A stretch of DNA of 64,000 bases from IMG/VR virus record IMGVR_UViG_3300019487_000002, one strand, 5' to 3'. The notes below the pieces were generated by a model. It was given only the letters and a program-made list of their open reading frames with translations. It made no database searches and was not told the origin of the DNA. Made by a program: the position numbers and the translations under genes. Positions 18,742 through 26,314 of the stretch are shown here, one piece after another (within the stretch, counting starts at the first letter, position 1; each line of letters starts with the position of its first letter). Source of the DNA: a virus.

Positions 18742-18973
18742 CCAGAATGGGCAGTCGCTTACGCCAATTGGCTACAGGGGCGGAATCCGACATCTTCGCC
18801 AGAATGGAAGAGGGGAGTTTTTTTCGCGTTTATTGAGCTATAGCAAGCCGCAAGGTGAGGCGTAGGCGGTAATAGCGCCATTATCCTGTTTATCAGTCCA
18901 TAAATGCTGGACTTGTGGGAGCCGTAATCTCGTGCCGTCGTGGGTAAACGGTACATGCTATAGTGTCCGCGTA

Positions 18974-19002
18974 TTGACTAATACGAAATAACCGTGTATA
19001 AT
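18974..19002 (+). promoter_or_regulatory. sigma70-type promoter with the GCGTATTGACT motif
   Basis: GCGTA-TTGACT-N17-TATAAT, then 6 nt to ATG 19009. Confidence 0.65.
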
Positions 19003-19008
19003 GAACCC

Positions 19009-19347
19009 ATGACAAACAAGCCGGAATTCAAGGACTTCATCGAGGGTGTTCAGAGCTTGGTCAACAGCGACTTTGCCAAGCATTACCCGACTCTGGTTCC
19101 TAACCTCATTACTTTTGAGGAGGGCCGTCGCTACGTTCGCATCGTCTCTGTGCGCCGCCACAAGGATTCGCAGACGGGCGAAATCAAGAGCGAAGGCCGT
19201 TCAGTGTGGGGCTTCGTGGACAAGACCAACGGCGACATTCTCAAGGCGGCTGGCTGGAAGGCCCCCGCGAAGCATGCTCGCGGCAACATCTTCTCTGCCA
19301 ATCCGTTTCAGGGCTGTGATTGGACCGGCCCGGCGTACCTTCGATAA
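19009..19347 (+). CDS. hypothetical protein, apparently leaderless
   Basis: ATG 19009. The track start at 18994 is a GTG inside the -10 region. Confidence 0.6.
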   Translation: MTNKPEFKDFIEGVQSLVNSDFAKHYPTLVPNLITFEEGRRYVRIVSVRRHKDSQTGEIKSEGRSVWGFVDKTNGDILKAAGWKAPAKHARGNIFSANPFQGCDWTGPAYLR

Positions 19348-19348
19348 C

Positions 19349-19525
19349 ATGAACGACCGATGGCTAGAACAAGCGATGGTCATGCTCTCTGAGGCTTATA
19401 GAGCCTTGGCGCATGACTTCGCCCGGCAATACGAGCACAACGCAAGAGTGTGGGGCTCGACCATGCGTGATCGTCACGCAAGAGCCATCAGGAATATCTA
19501 CACCGCGCCCGAACCGAGGGCTTGA
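19349..19525 (+). CDS. hypothetical protein
   Basis: 58-aa ORF starting 2 nt after the upstream stop, in a G+C-rich region. Confidence 0.4.
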   Translation: MNDRWLEQAMVMLSEAYRALAHDFARQYEHNARVWGSTMRDRHARAIRNIYTAPEPRA

Positions 19526-19583
19526 CAAGCGAAACGCATCCGTATAGAGTCTAAGTCGTAGCAAAAAACCGAAAGGGAGAAAC

Positions 19584-20885
19584 ATGAGTCAGCTAGGGAA
19601 ACTGAGAATTTCGGAGGCGAAGGACACCATTCGGCTGTTCCTCAATCCGCCTCAGCAGGTGGTGCCGTTCATGCGGTCAACGCCTGGGGTCGGCAAGTCT
19701 GCCATTGTGTACCAGCTTGCCGTTGATAAGTGCGCCGATTATACTCTCGGCGCGGAGAAGTGTGCGGGGTGCCGTGAGCGCACGGGCGATCCGACCAAGC
19801 ACACTGAGGGTTGCGCGGCGTACCACAGCCCCGAGGGCTGCGCGCTGTGCATCAAGGGCGTCCTGTCGGTATCTTACGATAATGGTGTGCCCAGCATCGC
19901 GGTTGGTCCCGCACCCATGCACATTCGCGTGGACGATATCCGGCTGTCCCTTTTCGATCCTATCGAAGTCAAGGGCCTTCCGCTGGCCGACGCCGATACG
20001 AATTCGACACGCTGGCTCAAGCCGGAATACCTGAACACGAATGACGCCGTTTACTCGATCCTGTTTCTGGACGAGTTTTCCAATGCGGCGGCCGCCGTTC
20101 AGAATGCTGCGCTCCAGCTTGTGTACGACAAGCGGAGCCACAAGCACGCTCTCTCGAAGCGGTGCATGATCGTGCTCGCGGGTAACACCGAGAGTGATGG
20201 CACGCACGTCGCCAAGATTTCGAGCGCGCTCAACAACCGCGTTGCACACTTGGAGATTGAGGCCGATGCCGACGATTTCCTCAAGTGGGCGCGGGATAAT
20301 TACATTCGGATGGAGATTATCGGTGCCATCAGTACGTATCCCGACCTTCTTCCGACGAAGTTTGACAAGAACCTTGCCGCGCAGCCTACGCCGCGCACCT
20401 GGGAAATGCTTTCCCGGATTATCGACCAGACTGGCGCAAAGACGGAGAAGGACATTCGCCGGCTCGCTCTCCCGCTGATTGGGCATGGGGCGACCACGAA
20501 TTTCATGGCCTTCCTCGGTCAGTTTCAGAAGGTGAAGCCTGAGGAAATCATCAACGAGGGCAAGATGCCTACCTACGATACTGACGATATCAGCCAGCGG
20601 TACGCTTATTCTTGCGCCGTGTCGCATTGGGTCAAGACCCACGCCAAGGAAGTCAAGGACAAGCATCAGGCAGAGAACATCTTCAAGTTTCTCAAGACGC
20701 TCAAGCAGATTGAGCTTCGCGTCAAGACCTTGCAGGACATGAGCCTTGCAACCGAGCCACGGCTGGTGGCTTTCTTTCGTCAGAATGCGAAGGATGACTT
20801 CAACGAGCTTATGTCCCGCCTTTCGGTCGCCGTAGTGGACGCGAAAGAGAAAGATTCCGCAGCCGCAAAGAAGGTCAAGAAGTAA
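19584..20885 (+). CDS. AAA+ ATPase, MoxR-like, with Cys-rich insertion
   Basis: Walker A STPGVGKS and Walker B ILFLDEFSNA. A Cys-rich segment (CAGCRERTG..CAAYHSPEGCALC) is inserted after the P-loop. SD AAGGGAGA lies upstream. Confidence 0.75.
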   Translation: MSQLGKLRISEAKDTIRLFLNPPQQVVPFMRSTPGVGKSAIVYQLAVDKCADYTLGAEKCAGCRERTGDPTKHTEGCAAYHSPEGCALCIKGVLSVSYDNGVPSIAVGPAPMHIRVDDIRLSLFDPIEVKGLPLADADTNSTRWLKPEYLNTNDAVYSILFLDEFSNAAAAVQNAALQLVYDKRSHKHALSKRCMIVLAGNTESDGTHVAKISSALNNRVAHLEIEADADDFLKWARDNYIRMEIIGAISTYPDLLPTKFDKNLAAQPTPRTWEMLSRIIDQTGAKTEKDIRRLALPLIGHGATTNFMAFLGQFQKVKPEEIINEGKMPTYDTDDISQRYAYSCAVSHWVKTHAKEVKDKHQAENIFKFLKTLKQIELRVKTLQDMSLATEPRLVAFFRQNAKDDFNELMSRLSVAVVDAKEKDSAAAKKVKK

Positions 20886-20894
20886 GAACCTCAT

Positions 20895-20924
20895 GGCAAC
20901 CCCGGGAATCGTCCCGGGGTTGCC
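20895..20924 (+). terminator. perfect 13-bp G+C-rich hairpin, possible U-tract-less terminator
   Basis: GGCAACCCCGGGA, loop ATCG, then TCCCGGGGTTGCC, 10 nt after the ATPase stop. No T-run follows. Confidence 0.4.
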
Positions 20925-20942
20925 TGGAAATGAGAAAAGAAA

Positions 20943-21071
20943 ATGAATAAGCGAATCGCCAAGAAGATTGTCAGCAAGACTTTCAATCGTGATGGCTCGC
21001 TCAATCGTACCCCGTCGTGCTATTACACGAACGACCAGATCAAGCGATCAAGCGAGCACTGCGAAAGCTAG
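20943..21071 (+). CDS. hypothetical small protein
   Basis: 42-aa ORF (MNKRIAKKIV...), not in the track because it is below the 60-aa cutoff. Confidence 0.35.
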   Translation: MNKRIAKKIVSKTFNRDGSLNRTPSCYYTNDQIKRSSEHCES

Positions 21072-21079
21072 GTAAGTAA

Positions 21080-21352
21080 ATGGACCTTGAAGATATTCTT
21101 CATGGAACCCCAAAATGGAACGACGTTTCATTTTATTTCCAGAATGGGGAATTCTTCGAGGAGCACTATCTGGTAGAGGCTATCACAAAGCATCTGCTAA
21201 CCCCACCCCAGCGTGCTTGGCTGCATCGTGAGGCTCTAAGCATAGAAGATATGCTTAATGGCCGAATTGAAGGCAATCTTCGCCAAAAGTACGCACAGCA
21301 AATTTTTGACGAATGGAACCAAAAGCTGGGGTTTAAGCATTTCGGGGCTTGA
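21080..21352 (+). CDS. hypothetical protein
   Basis: 90-aa ORF. Confidence 0.5.
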   Translation: MDLEDILHGTPKWNDVSFYFQNGEFFEEHYLVEAITKHLLTPPQRAWLHREALSIEDMLNGRIEGNLRQKYAQQIFDEWNQKLGFKHFGA

Positions 21353-21377
21353 TTTTCAAATACAATCCGGGTATAAT
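21349..21377 (+). promoter_or_regulatory. sigma70-type promoter
   Basis: TTGATT-N17-TATAAT, then 6 nt to ATG 21384. The -35 overlaps the upstream TGA stop. Confidence 0.6.
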
Positions 21378-21383
21378 ACAACC

Positions 21384-22712
21384 ATGAGCACAATGAACCA
21401 CGGGCACGGGCAGCGTCATGAGCAGCTACACCTTCCGATGCCTTCGGATGCAGAGAAGCCGGCGCTAATCGACAAGGCGGCGGAATCGATCTCTCACAGC
21501 ATCATTCAGCTTCTCACCCGTCAGCCGTTTTTCGGCCAGTTGCTTTGCGGCCTTCGCCTCGTTCCTACGTGGTCAATGCCGACGATGGGTGTAGACGGCA
21601 TCAATCTTTTCTTCAATCCGTCATTTACGCTCGCGCTTTCTAAGCCACAGCGACGCGGCGTGCTGTGCCACGAGGTTATGCACCTTGCGCTTAGCCACAT
21701 TACTCGGCGTCGTCAGCGTCAGGACCGGCTCTGGAATGCGGCGTGCGATTACGCGGTCAACCTGATTGTGAAGGACGATCTTGACCTTGAGCTACCGAAT
21801 TGGGTTCTCTATCGCCAGGATTTCAAGGAAATGTCCGCAGAGGAGATTTTCCGTAAGCTGTGCGAGGAAAAGGCCAGCGGCGGTATGAAAGGCAAGCAGA
21901 AGGGTCAGGGAGGCCAGGGCCAGAAGGGTCAGGGCGGCGGTCAGGGTCAGCAGGAAGATGGCGACGGTGAGGATGATCCAAATTGCCCATACTGCCAGAA
22001 TGGTGACGGGGACGGGGACGGCCTCGATTCTTTTGACACGCACATTTTCAATCCTGACCTAGACGAAGATGCGTTGACCGACAAGCTGGTCCGTGCTGCC
22101 GAGCAGGCAAAGCGCCGTGGGCGCCTTCCCGCTGGGATTGAGCGGATTATCGACAAGCTGCGTGAAGCCAAGGTTGATTGGCGGACGCTGATTCGCGGCC
22201 GTGCGCTGGATATCTTCCAGAAAGTTGATTATCATGGCGAGCTACGTTCGCTCTTGACGGGTTCCGTCCTGGGCGGTCGCACGTGGCTTCCCGGCCTTGC
22301 GAAAGAGGAGGCGTCGTTGCTGGTTCTCTGCATCGATACGTCGGGCTCTATCAGCCCCGAGATTCTCAATGCATTCGCAGCCGAAATCAAAGAAGTAATC
22401 ACGATGGCAGATAAGACCATCATCATGACGTGCGACGCGGACGTGCATGAGTGTGTCGAGGTTGGCAAGTTTGACCAAATATTTGATGCCGTCAAGTTCA
22501 AGGGCGGCGGCGGTACTGACTTCCGCCCGGCCTTCGACAAGATTCATAAGATGGGGCTCAATCCCAATCTGTTTGTGTACTTCACGGACGGATATGGGTG
22601 CTTTCCTGACTCAATGCCGCAGTATCCGGTTCTGTGGGCCTTCACGAAGGATCACCAGCCGGCCCCGTGGGGCGAGAGTGTCACGGTAGATGCCGCGACG
22701 TATGAAAACTAG
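21384..22712 (+). CDS. metallopeptidase-like (DUF2201-type) / VWA-domain protein
   Basis: HEVMHLALSH motif, a G/Q/D-rich linker, and a C-terminal VWA fold with LVLCIDTSGS (DxSxS). This is the usual partner of MoxR ATPases. ATG 21384 rather than track position 21258. Confidence 0.75.
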   Translation: MSTMNHGHGQRHEQLHLPMPSDAEKPALIDKAAESISHSIIQLLTRQPFFGQLLCGLRLVPTWSMPTMGVDGINLFFNPSFTLALSKPQRRGVLCHEVMHLALSHITRRRQRQDRLWNAACDYAVNLIVKDDLDLELPNWVLYRQDFKEMSAEEIFRKLCEEKASGGMKGKQKGQGGQGQKGQGGGQGQQEDGDGEDDPNCPYCQNGDGDGDGLDSFDTHIFNPDLDEDALTDKLVRAAEQAKRRGRLPAGIERIIDKLREAKVDWRTLIRGRALDIFQKVDYHGELRSLLTGSVLGGRTWLPGLAKEEASLLVLCIDTSGSISPEILNAFAAEIKEVITMADKTIIMTCDADVHECVEVGKFDQIFDAVKFKGGGGTDFRPAFDKIHKMGLNPNLFVYFTDGYGCFPDSMPQYPVLWAFTKDHQPAPWGESVTVDAATYEN

Positions 22713-22890
22713 CGCGATGAACAAAAGACAACGGTGGTTTTTTGAGAAAAAGCTAAATCGCCTTCGGTCATTGAAGGATACGCTGTACAGTAAGTACAAA
22801 AGTACGGGCCAGGAAATTCAGCAAATTGAAGACTTGCTAAGACAAGACCAAGTTGATAAACTGATTCACGGAAAGGCAACCAATGCTTAA
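22702..22890 (+). CDS. hypothetical protein
   Basis: About 62-aa coiled-coil-like ORF; the start is uncertain (22702 or 22717). Confidence 0.45.
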   Translation: MKTSAMNKRQRWFFEKKLNRLRSLKDTLYSKYKSTGQEIQQIEDLLRQDQVDKLIHGKATNA

Positions 22891-23257
22891 GGAAACTTTT
22901 ACATGGTACGTGGACGCGGAGCAACCAAAGAAGGGCTTTCAAAGCCGGCATGTCGCTACCGTGGTAATCCGTCGTAAGGACGGGCTGGATGGAACGCCGG
23001 TTTATTACGTCGGCGTGGCTTCTAAGCACCCAAAGGATAAGCTGCCATTTGTGAAGTCCGAAGGCCGCACGCTGGCTACCACTCGCGCCGTGCATGCTAA
23101 TGCGTGCTTCTCAATGGACGAGCTTCTCCGGGAGACACGACGGGCACTGTGTCGTGAAGTCAAGGACACACAGACGCTTTTGCTTATCGATAGCAAGCGC
23201 CTGTTTGAACGCATTAAGTTTGTACTGGAGAAGTACAATGAACGAGCGGCGTCGTAA
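22883..23257 (+). CDS. hypothetical protein
   Basis: 124-aa ORF. Confidence 0.55.
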   Translation: MLKETFTWYVDAEQPKKGFQSRHVATVVIRRKDGLDGTPVYYVGVASKHPKDKLPFVKSEGRTLATTRAVHANACFSMDELLRETRRALCREVKDTQTLLLIDSKRLFERIKFVLEKYNERAAS

Positions 23258-23402
23258 GACTAAGATCATTGTCAGTGCGCGGTTTGACGAAGCCAAAAAG
23301 AAGGCCGTAGTCGAGTATCCCGACGAGAATCAACCAGAGCAGGTTTTTTTCTGCCCCGATTGTGGAGAGCCTGCCGTTCCTGACCATCGTTGCCCCGCGT
23401 GA
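23238..23402 (+). CDS. hypothetical small zinc-ribbon protein
   Basis: 54 aa starting MNERRRK and ending CPDCGEPAVPDHRC. Confidence 0.4.
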   Translation: MNERRRKTKIIVSARFDEAKKKAVVEYPDENQPEQVFFCPDCGEPAVPDHRCPA

Positions 23403-24214
23403 AGGATTCCCTTGGCGATAGGATGAAGGGATATGAACGGGCGCACCTTTCGCGTGCGTTGCCGGGTATCCCTGTTTGCGCCCGACTAGATGGCCGAGCT
23501 TTCCACAGTTGGTGCAGCGATTTGCACCGCCCGTGGGATAACAGCTTCCATCAGATTATGGACCGAGCTACGGCTTTTCTTGTAGAACAGACTAATGCCA
23601 AGATCGGCTATACACAGAGCGATGAAATTACGCTGATTTATTACGCCGATTCTCCTGAATCGCAAATATTCTTCGACGGAAAGATTCAGAAGATGACAAG
23701 CGTTCTAGCGTCCATGTGTACGGCAAAGTTCAACGAGGCTGCACGCCTTTTTCCTGATACTACACATAAGCCTTTAGCATTTTTTGATTGCCGTGTGTGG
23801 CAAGTCCCCAATCTCCGGGAAGCCGTCAGTGTACTAATTTGGAGAGAGGCAGACGCTCGACGCAATTCGATTATGATGGCGGCGCAAAGCTTCTATAGCC
23901 ATAAACAGCTTCTTGGGAAAAGTTCAAAAAAACAGCAGGAAATGCTACACGAAAAAGGCCTCAACTGGAGCAAGGAATACCCTGACCGATTCAAGCGCGG
24001 CGCATATTTTGCTCGCCGCATGGGTTATCGCGTAATGACCATGAGCGAGTTCTCACACATTCCTGAGGCACACCGCCCTGCGGCTCCACCTTTGGTTGAG
24101 CGCCGCGTCGTGAAGAACTTGCAGCTTGGTCCGATGCGACGTATCGTCAATAGTATTGACGTTGTTTTCAACGAAGCGGAGCCGGTGTATGGAACCTGTA
24201 ACGAGCACCCATAG
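23390..24214 (+). CDS. Thg1-like protein (tRNA-His guanylyltransferase family, 3'-5' nucleotidyltransferase)
   Basis: GDRMKGYE, ARLDGRAFH, YTQSDEITL, FDCRVW and WREADARRNS line up with Thg1/TLP conserved blocks. The start is TTG 23390 or GTG 23399, upstream of the first ATG. Confidence 0.8.
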   Translation: MPRVKDSLGDRMKGYERAHLSRALPGIPVCARLDGRAFHSWCSDLHRPWDNSFHQIMDRATAFLVEQTNAKIGYTQSDEITLIYYADSPESQIFFDGKIQKMTSVLASMCTAKFNEAARLFPDTTHKPLAFFDCRVWQVPNLREAVSVLIWREADARRNSIMMAAQSFYSHKQLLGKSSKKQQEMLHEKGLNWSKEYPDRFKRGAYFARRMGYRVMTMSEFSHIPEAHRPAAPPLVERRVVKNLQLGPMRRIVNSIDVVFNEAEPVYGTCNEHP

Positions 24215-25268
24215 AGCCGATATTGTAGAAGTTGTGCTTGGGCCGCACCCCAATGCCGATAGCCTTTCTATCGTCAAAATCTACGACGGTGGTTTTCAGG
24301 TTATTGTCAAAACCGAAGATTGGGTAGAGCGATATCGAGGCGTTTACATTCAGCCAGATAGTATTGTCCCCGACAAGCCTGAATTTGCCTTTCTAGAAAA
24401 GCGGCGAATCAAAGCCAAGAAATTGCGAGGCGAATGGTCCGCTGGCCTTCTTGTTCCTGTTCCACCGGAGTTTGAGCATTTGGAAACGGGCACTGATTTG
24501 GCTCCGCTCATGGGGATCGAACATTATGAGCCACCGCCGTCCATGCCCGGCCTAACGGGTGGTCTGACCGATTCGAGTCCAAAGTTCATCCGCAAGCAGC
24601 GAAAAGATGGAAAGTATGATGCGGAATTTATCGGCTTTGAATACCCGAAATACGATGTAGAGTCTTTTCGGAAATATGGAAAGCGGGTATACGAACCGGG
24701 TGAAATCATTTGGATAACAGAAAAGATACACGGCTCTAACGGTCGTTGGCTTTTCGACGGTAAACGGTTTTATTGTGGGAGCCGCACCGAATGGAAGAAA
24801 GAAGACCCACAGAACCTTTGGTGGCGTGCCCTCAATTATTACCCCACTCTTCAAGAATTCTTGAAGGCAAATCCTGGCGTGGCGGTGTATGGAGAAGTAT
24901 ACGGACAGGTACAGGATTTGAAATACGGAGTCCCAAAAGGGGAAATTCGAGTCGCAGTGTTTGATATCTTGCGGGAAGGAAAATGGATAAACGCGCTGGA
25001 GGCATGGAAGATAGGAAAGGATAATGGCTTGCCTTGGGTTCCCCTTCTTATGGGTGCAACCTATGACAGTCTCCCCGAGCCTGACTTGCTGCCTCGATTC
25101 GATTTTGACATGCTGATTGAAATGGCAGAAGGCCCGAGCCAGATTCCCGACGCGAACCATATTCGAGAAGGTATTGTCGTGAAGCCATGGGAAGAACGTT
25201 GGCACCCTAAAATGCAAGGACGTGTCTGCACCAAAATTGTAGGCAATGGGTATTGGGCAAGAAAGTAA
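24189..25268 (+). CDS. ATP-dependent RNA ligase with N-terminal OB-fold tRNA-binding-like domain
   Basis: Motif I ITEKIHGSN (KxHGxN, as in Rnl2/Rnl5-type ligases). The N-terminal HPNADSLSIVKI...IQPDSIVP resembles the Trbp111/EMAPII-type OB domain. ATG 24189. Confidence 0.75.
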   Translation: MEPVTSTHRADIVEVVLGPHPNADSLSIVKIYDGGFQVIVKTEDWVERYRGVYIQPDSIVPDKPEFAFLEKRRIKAKKLRGEWSAGLLVPVPPEFEHLETGTDLAPLMGIEHYEPPPSMPGLTGGLTDSSPKFIRKQRKDGKYDAEFIGFEYPKYDVESFRKYGKRVYEPGEIIWITEKIHGSNGRWLFDGKRFYCGSRTEWKKEDPQNLWWRALNYYPTLQEFLKANPGVAVYGEVYGQVQDLKYGVPKGEIRVAVFDILREGKWINALEAWKIGKDNGLPWVPLLMGATYDSLPEPDLLPRFDFDMLIEMAEGPSQIPDANHIREGIVVKPWEERWHPKMQGRVCTKIVGNGYWARK

Positions 25269-25290
25269 TTGACCCGGAGTTATAATACAT

Positions 25291-25539
25291 ATGGAGAGAT
25301 CAGAAGAACTCATTCAGCAAATAAGAAAAGACATTAGCGATCTTCAAGAATTCCTCCGTAATTTTAAAACGACTGCACTTAAGCCTCCCATGCCTTCTCG
25401 GGTGTTTTACACAACGCCTGAGGTAATGGAAAAAGCACGCCGACAGCTTGAGAATCTTCGTTTGAGAGCTATTGAGCTTCAAGGCGAAGTCGAAGACCTT
25501 CATGAAGATTTAGAAGACTTGGAAAATTCTCGCCGGTAA
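25291..25539 (+). CDS. hypothetical coiled-coil protein
   Basis: 82-aa ORF. Confidence 0.5.
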   Translation: MERSEELIQQIRKDISDLQEFLRNFKTTALKPPMPSRVFYTTPEVMEKARRQLENLRLRAIELQGEVEDLHEDLEDLENSRR

Positions 25540-25545
25540 GGTATA

Positions 25546-25719
25546 ATGGCTAAGATACCATTCTGTCCCAAGTGTGGGCGCACAGATTTTCACAAATTCC
25601 GTAGTGGGACATTGATGTGCCTGCATTGTAGCAGGACATGGAGCAGAGAAATTATCTATGGCACGCTTGAAGAAGGTTCCGAACCAACCTTTGGTAATAA
25701 ACGAGATAGCGAAACCTGA
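25546..25719 (+). CDS. hypothetical zinc-ribbon protein
   Basis: 57 aa with CPKC...CLHC. It overlaps the start of the next ORF by about 60 nt. Confidence 0.35.
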   Translation: MAKIPFCPKCGRTDFHKFRSGTLMCLHCSRTWSREIIYGTLEEGSEPTFGNKRDSET

Positions 25720-26314
25720 ATTCAAAGGGGATAAGCAGCGTTTAATTCAAATCGTTGAAGGAACTAGCGAGCCTGTCTTAGCCGAGTCAATTCCATACTG
25801 TTTTTCGGACCCCAATCTAGAATCTGGAATTTGTAATCCACACCTTCCTCTCCAAGAGGGGGAGCCGTGTGAATGCGTATTTGCGAAGTCTTGTCTGGTC
25901 GCAAAACTCCTAGCAGAAAACATTTCCATAAACGCGGTCAAGTGCTCACAAAAGCCATATGAGCAAGTATTGGCCGAAGCCGATGAGTTGTTTGAGAAGC
26001 AGCAGGCTGAGCACGTAGACGTTTCCACAGAACAGTTGGATCGTCAACATCTCCGTGCTCATACAACAAGCATTTCTCTCCAAAAGCCGATTAATCCTTT
26101 TCGAAAGAATTCATTACGTAGGCTCGTATTGGATATTCTCATTCGAGATTGGATAACATTAGGTGATTTGAAGGCGGCTGTGCTATCATTGAGGAAAGAC
26201 GCCGCACGTATTGACAGTATTATTGGGCAAGTTACCGCAATCACTACACAAGAAGCCAACGGCTACCGGATATTGGAATCGTTCGGAAAGTTCAAGGCGT
26301 TCAAGAAAGGATAG
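25658..26314 (+). CDS. hypothetical protein
   Basis: 218-aa ORF directly upstream of polA. Confidence 0.55.
   Translation: MARLKKVPNQPLVINEIAKPEFKGDKQRLIQIVEGTSEPVLAESIPYCFSDPNLESGICNPHLPLQEGEPCECVFAKSCLVAKLLAENISINAVKCSQKPYEQVLAEADELFEKQQAEHVDVSTEQLDRQHLRAHTTSISLQKPINPFRKNSLRRLVLDILIRDWITLGDLKAAVLSLRKDAARIDSIIGQVTAITTQEANGYRILESFGKFKAFKKG

Noticed and set aside
18742-18960. A possible tRNA or small RNA gene in the 320-nt gap before the 18974 promoter
   Set aside because: I tried to fold segments such as GTAGCCAATTGGCGTAAGCG (minus strand) as a cloverleaf. No consistent acceptor, D or T stems could be built. Only short weak hairpins and a 36-codon ORF are present.
19677-20894. 405-aa ORF on the minus strand
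   Set aside because: It is exactly antisense to the AAA+ ATPase, which has clear Walker A and B motifs. Its translation is R/L/G-rich with no motifs. Long shadow ORFs are expected in this G+C-rich block.
21893-22030. GGTCAGGG / GACGGGGAC-type reiterations as a contingency (phase-variable) repeat
   Set aside because: The repeats are imperfect and in-frame, encoding a GQG/DGD low-complexity linker of the VWA protein. There is no homopolymer or perfect microsatellite.
25269-25286. TTGACC and TATAAT hexamers upstream of ATG 25291
   Set aside because: The spacer is only 6 nt, which is incompatible with a sigma70 -35/-10 pair, and no TG extension is present. At most this is a lone -10.
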